A stretch of 61,813 nucleotides of DNA, counting the filler, from Chthonomonadaceae bacterium (GTDB taxonomy: Bacteria; Armatimonadota; Chthonomonadetes; Chthonomonadales; Chthonomonadaceae), in NCBI GenBank assembly GCA_035650735.1. It is 3 parts of 3 records of this genome, joined end to end, with 100 filler letters (N's around TTAATTAATTAA, not from the genome) between each part and the next. Parts side by side here need not be neighbours in the genome. Positions count along the whole stretch, not along the records: positions 54,553 to 61,813 come from DASRGZ010000070.1; 2 more parts are not named here. One strand, written 5' to 3'. This document shows positions 59,651 through 61,813 of the stretch, one piece after another (position 1 is the first letter of the stretch; each line of letters starts with the position of its first letter). A program made the translations under genes and the position numbers. The notes beneath the pieces were generated by a model. That model was not told the DNA's origin and ran no database searches. It saw only the letters and a program-made list of their open reading frames with translations.

Positions 59651-61813
59651 ATGGGAAAGATAAAACCGGTATCGGTGGCTCGATTCTGGTTTTGTTTCCT
59701 GGCGCTGCTGTGCGCGGCGGCCTGTCGCGCGCAGCCACAGGAACGCGGCGTCTCGCGCCCGCGCGTCGTGCTCGTCTTGTGCGACGCGCTGACCCTCGAC
59801 GACCTGCTTTCCCCGGCCAACCCGCACCTGGCCCATCTGGCGGAGACGGGTGCTCTCGGCGTGATGAACTGCGCCGTCGCCGGGCCGAAGACCCCTGCCG
59901 CCGCCACGTTGATCCTGGCGGCGGGCGCGCACGTTCCCGCCGCGCCCACGGACGAGATGGCGGCAAACGTCTGGGAGGCCGTGCCTGGCGAACGCGGCGA
60001 CGCAGGTGCCGTCTACGCGCGGCGGGTCGGGCCACTGGAGGCCCCGCTGCTGCCAATGCGCCCCGCCGACATCCGGCACCTGGGCCTTGCGCCGCTGGCC
60101 CGGCGCGGGCTGGATTCCGAGCGCCTGGGAGCGGCGCTGGCCGCGGCGAATCCGCCGATCCGCGCCGACGTCTATGGCAACGCGGATGCCGCTGTCTGGG
60201 GCCGACGCGCGGCCCTGCTGACGGTGGATGGGCGGGGCGTGGGCGCGGGCTACGTCGCGCCGCTGCGGGCGCACTCGCAAAGCCCCTTCGGGCTGGCGGA
60301 CGATCCGATCCGGCTGACGCAGGCCGTGCTGGAGTCGGAGGCCGATGTGAGCGTCGTGCAGTTGGGCGACACGGCGCGGGCGGAGGCGGCCCGGCCCTCG
60401 CTTTCCCCCGACGCCTATGGGGCCGCGCGCGCCGCCGCCCTGCGCCGTCTGGACCTGTTTCTCTATCTGCTGACCGCTAAGATGCAGGCCGAGGGTCGGC
60501 AGGCCGACGTGCTCCTGGTTGCGCCGCGTCCGCCTTCCGGGCAGGCCGGAATCCCCTCGGTCTGGAACCGCCTGACGCCCGTTCTCGCCCTGGGGCCTCA
60601 TTTTCCTCCCGGCCTGCTGACCTCCGCCACCACGCGCACGCCTGGCCTGATCGCCAATGTGGACATCGCGCCCACCCTCCTGGCCCTGTTCCGTGCGCCC
60701 GTGCCCGTCATGATGATCGGGCGTCCCGTGCGGTCGGTGGCCTACGCGGAGAACGGGGCGCTGCGAGTCGCCGCCGTCGCCCGCCTGGACTATCTCGCCA
60801 CGCTCAACGGATGCGCCGTCGTGCCTGTCATGGCGCCTATCGCCGTAGCCTGTGTGCTGGTTGTGGTGGGCAGCCTGATCGCGCGCCGGCGGGGTGGGGT
60901 GCGGGCGTCGCGGTGGTTGGGGCCGGGCGTCGTCTTTTTTCTGAACCTGCCCGCCGCGCTGATGCTGGCGCCGCTGCTCGTGCCGCCCACGCTGCTGGAG
61001 TATGGGCTGCGGATCGCGGCCTGGATGGCCGGGCTGACCGCTTTCAGCTACCTGCTGGCGCGGGCGCTGCGCGTGGGGCCGCCTGCCGCCGCCGCGCTGC
61101 TGGGCGTGCTGCTGGTGGCTGGCGATACGCTCCTGGGACAGCCGCTGCTCAAGGATTCGCTGCTGAGCAGCTATCCCCTGTCCGGCATCCGGTATTACGG
61201 CATCGGCAACGAGTATCTGGGGATTGTGATGGGCTTCGCCCTCATGGGCGCGTTTGCCGCGCTGGACGACCGGGGCCTGCGCTTCCCTCCCGACGGTGAC
61301 GGACGCGGGCTGCGCCTGGCGCTGGCTGTCGGCTGGCTCGCGCTGCTGCTGCTGCTGGGCTGGCCGGGACTGGGGGCGAACGCCGGGAGCCTGGCGGCGA
61401 CTGGGGCGGGGTTCGGCCTCGGCGCGGCGATCCTGCACGGCAGGCGCCCGACCGTGCGCCTGGGCCTGCTCTGCATCCTGGCCGGGCTGCTGCTGGCTTT
61501 TGTCTTCGGCGCGCTCGATGCTGCCTTCGCCGGTCAAGGCGCCAGCTCGCATTTCGGCGGCGCGCTCCGAGCGGCGAGCGCCGGGCGCGGCGCGGGCTAC
61601 CTGGCCGAAATCGCCCTCCGCAAAGTCGGCATGAACCTGCGCCTGCTGGTCTCGCTCTGGGTGCTATTAGGGCTGGGGGGCGTGGCGGTGGCGGCGCTGG
61701 CGGTGCGCCGGTTGGGCGGAGAGAGTCTGCGCGCCGTTCTCGCGCAGCGGCCCTGGACGGCGCGCGGATTGATGGCGGCGTTGGCGGCAGCGCTGGCCTC
61801 GCTCGTCTTTAAA
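59651..61813 (+). CDS. Large membrane protein with an N-terminal alkaline-phosphatase-like extracellular region; runs off the window end
   Basis: Frame appears open from MGKIKPV to the edge (not in the ORF track); VVLVLCD, NVDIAPTLL, GIRYYGIGNE and many TM helices. Confidence 0.75.
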   Translation, partial: MGKIKPVSVARFWFCFLALLCAAACRAQPQERGVSRPRVVLVLCDALTLDDLLSPANPHLAHLAETGALGVMNCAVAGPKTPAAATLILAAGAHVPAAPTDEMAANVWEAVPGERGDAGAVYARRVGPLEAPLLPMRPADIRHLGLAPLARRGLDSERLGAALAAANPPIRADVYGNADAAVWGRRAALLTVDGRGVGAGYVAPLRAHSQSPFGLADDPIRLTQAVLESEADVSVVQLGDTARAEAARPSLSPDAYGAARAAALRRLDLFLYLLTAKMQAEGRQADVLLVAPRPPSGQAGIPSVWNRLTPVLALGPHFPPGLLTSATTRTPGLIANVDIAPTLLALFRAPVPVMMIGRPVRSVAYAENGALRVAAVARLDYLATLNGCAVVPVMAPIAVACVLVVVGSLIARRRGGVRASRWLGPGVVFFLNLPAALMLAPLLVPPTLLEYGLRIAAWMAGLTAFSYLLARALRVGPPAAAALLGVLLVAGDTLLGQPLLKDSLLSSYPLSGIRYYGIGNEYLGIVMGFALMGAFAALDDRGLRFPPDGDGRGLRLALAVGWLALLLLLGWPGLGANAGSLAATGAGFGLGAAILHGRRPTVRLGLLCILAGLLLAFVFGALDAAFAGQGASSHFGGALRAASAGRGAGYLAEIALRKVGMNLRLLVSLWVLLGLGGVAVAALAVRRLGGESLRAVLAQRPWTARGLMAALAAALASLVFK

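Overview
High-GC bacterial DNA, probably Armatimonadota (inferred from the DUF1559 pilin-like, SARP/STAND and PIG-L gene repertoire). It consists of three contigs (1-23870, 23971-54452, 54553-61813) joined by artificial N/TTAATTAATTAA/N linkers. The backbone is mostly ordinary: esterase, SPFH protein, M14 peptidase, PIG-L deacetylases, acyP, two-component systems, alternative complex III actA/actB, a ctaA-ctaB fusion, murB, chrA, rimI, tRNA-Gly, tRNA-Arg and alaS. Four things stand out. (1) A >=15 kb element integrated at tRNA-Arg(TCT) has a satellite-like layout (integrase, two Xis-like HTHs, primase-polymerase, TerS-like gene). Its only virion-related genes are tail-assembly-chaperone-like paralogues with a -1 slippery site and a tape-measure-like protein; no capsid, portal, TerL or tail tube gene is recognisable. 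(2) A ~46-bp hairpin micro-element inserts into palindromes and into itself, nested up to 3-4 deep, replacing ~4 bp of target. (3) Five dispersed sites show a 28-31 bp direct duplication around a unique 30-43 bp insert (38 bp in three of them), resembling ectopic CRISPR spacer integration. (4) A UxxC thioredoxin-TPR selenoprotein with a clear SECIS is split by the ORF track. All family assignments come from motif recognition by eye; no database searches were run.
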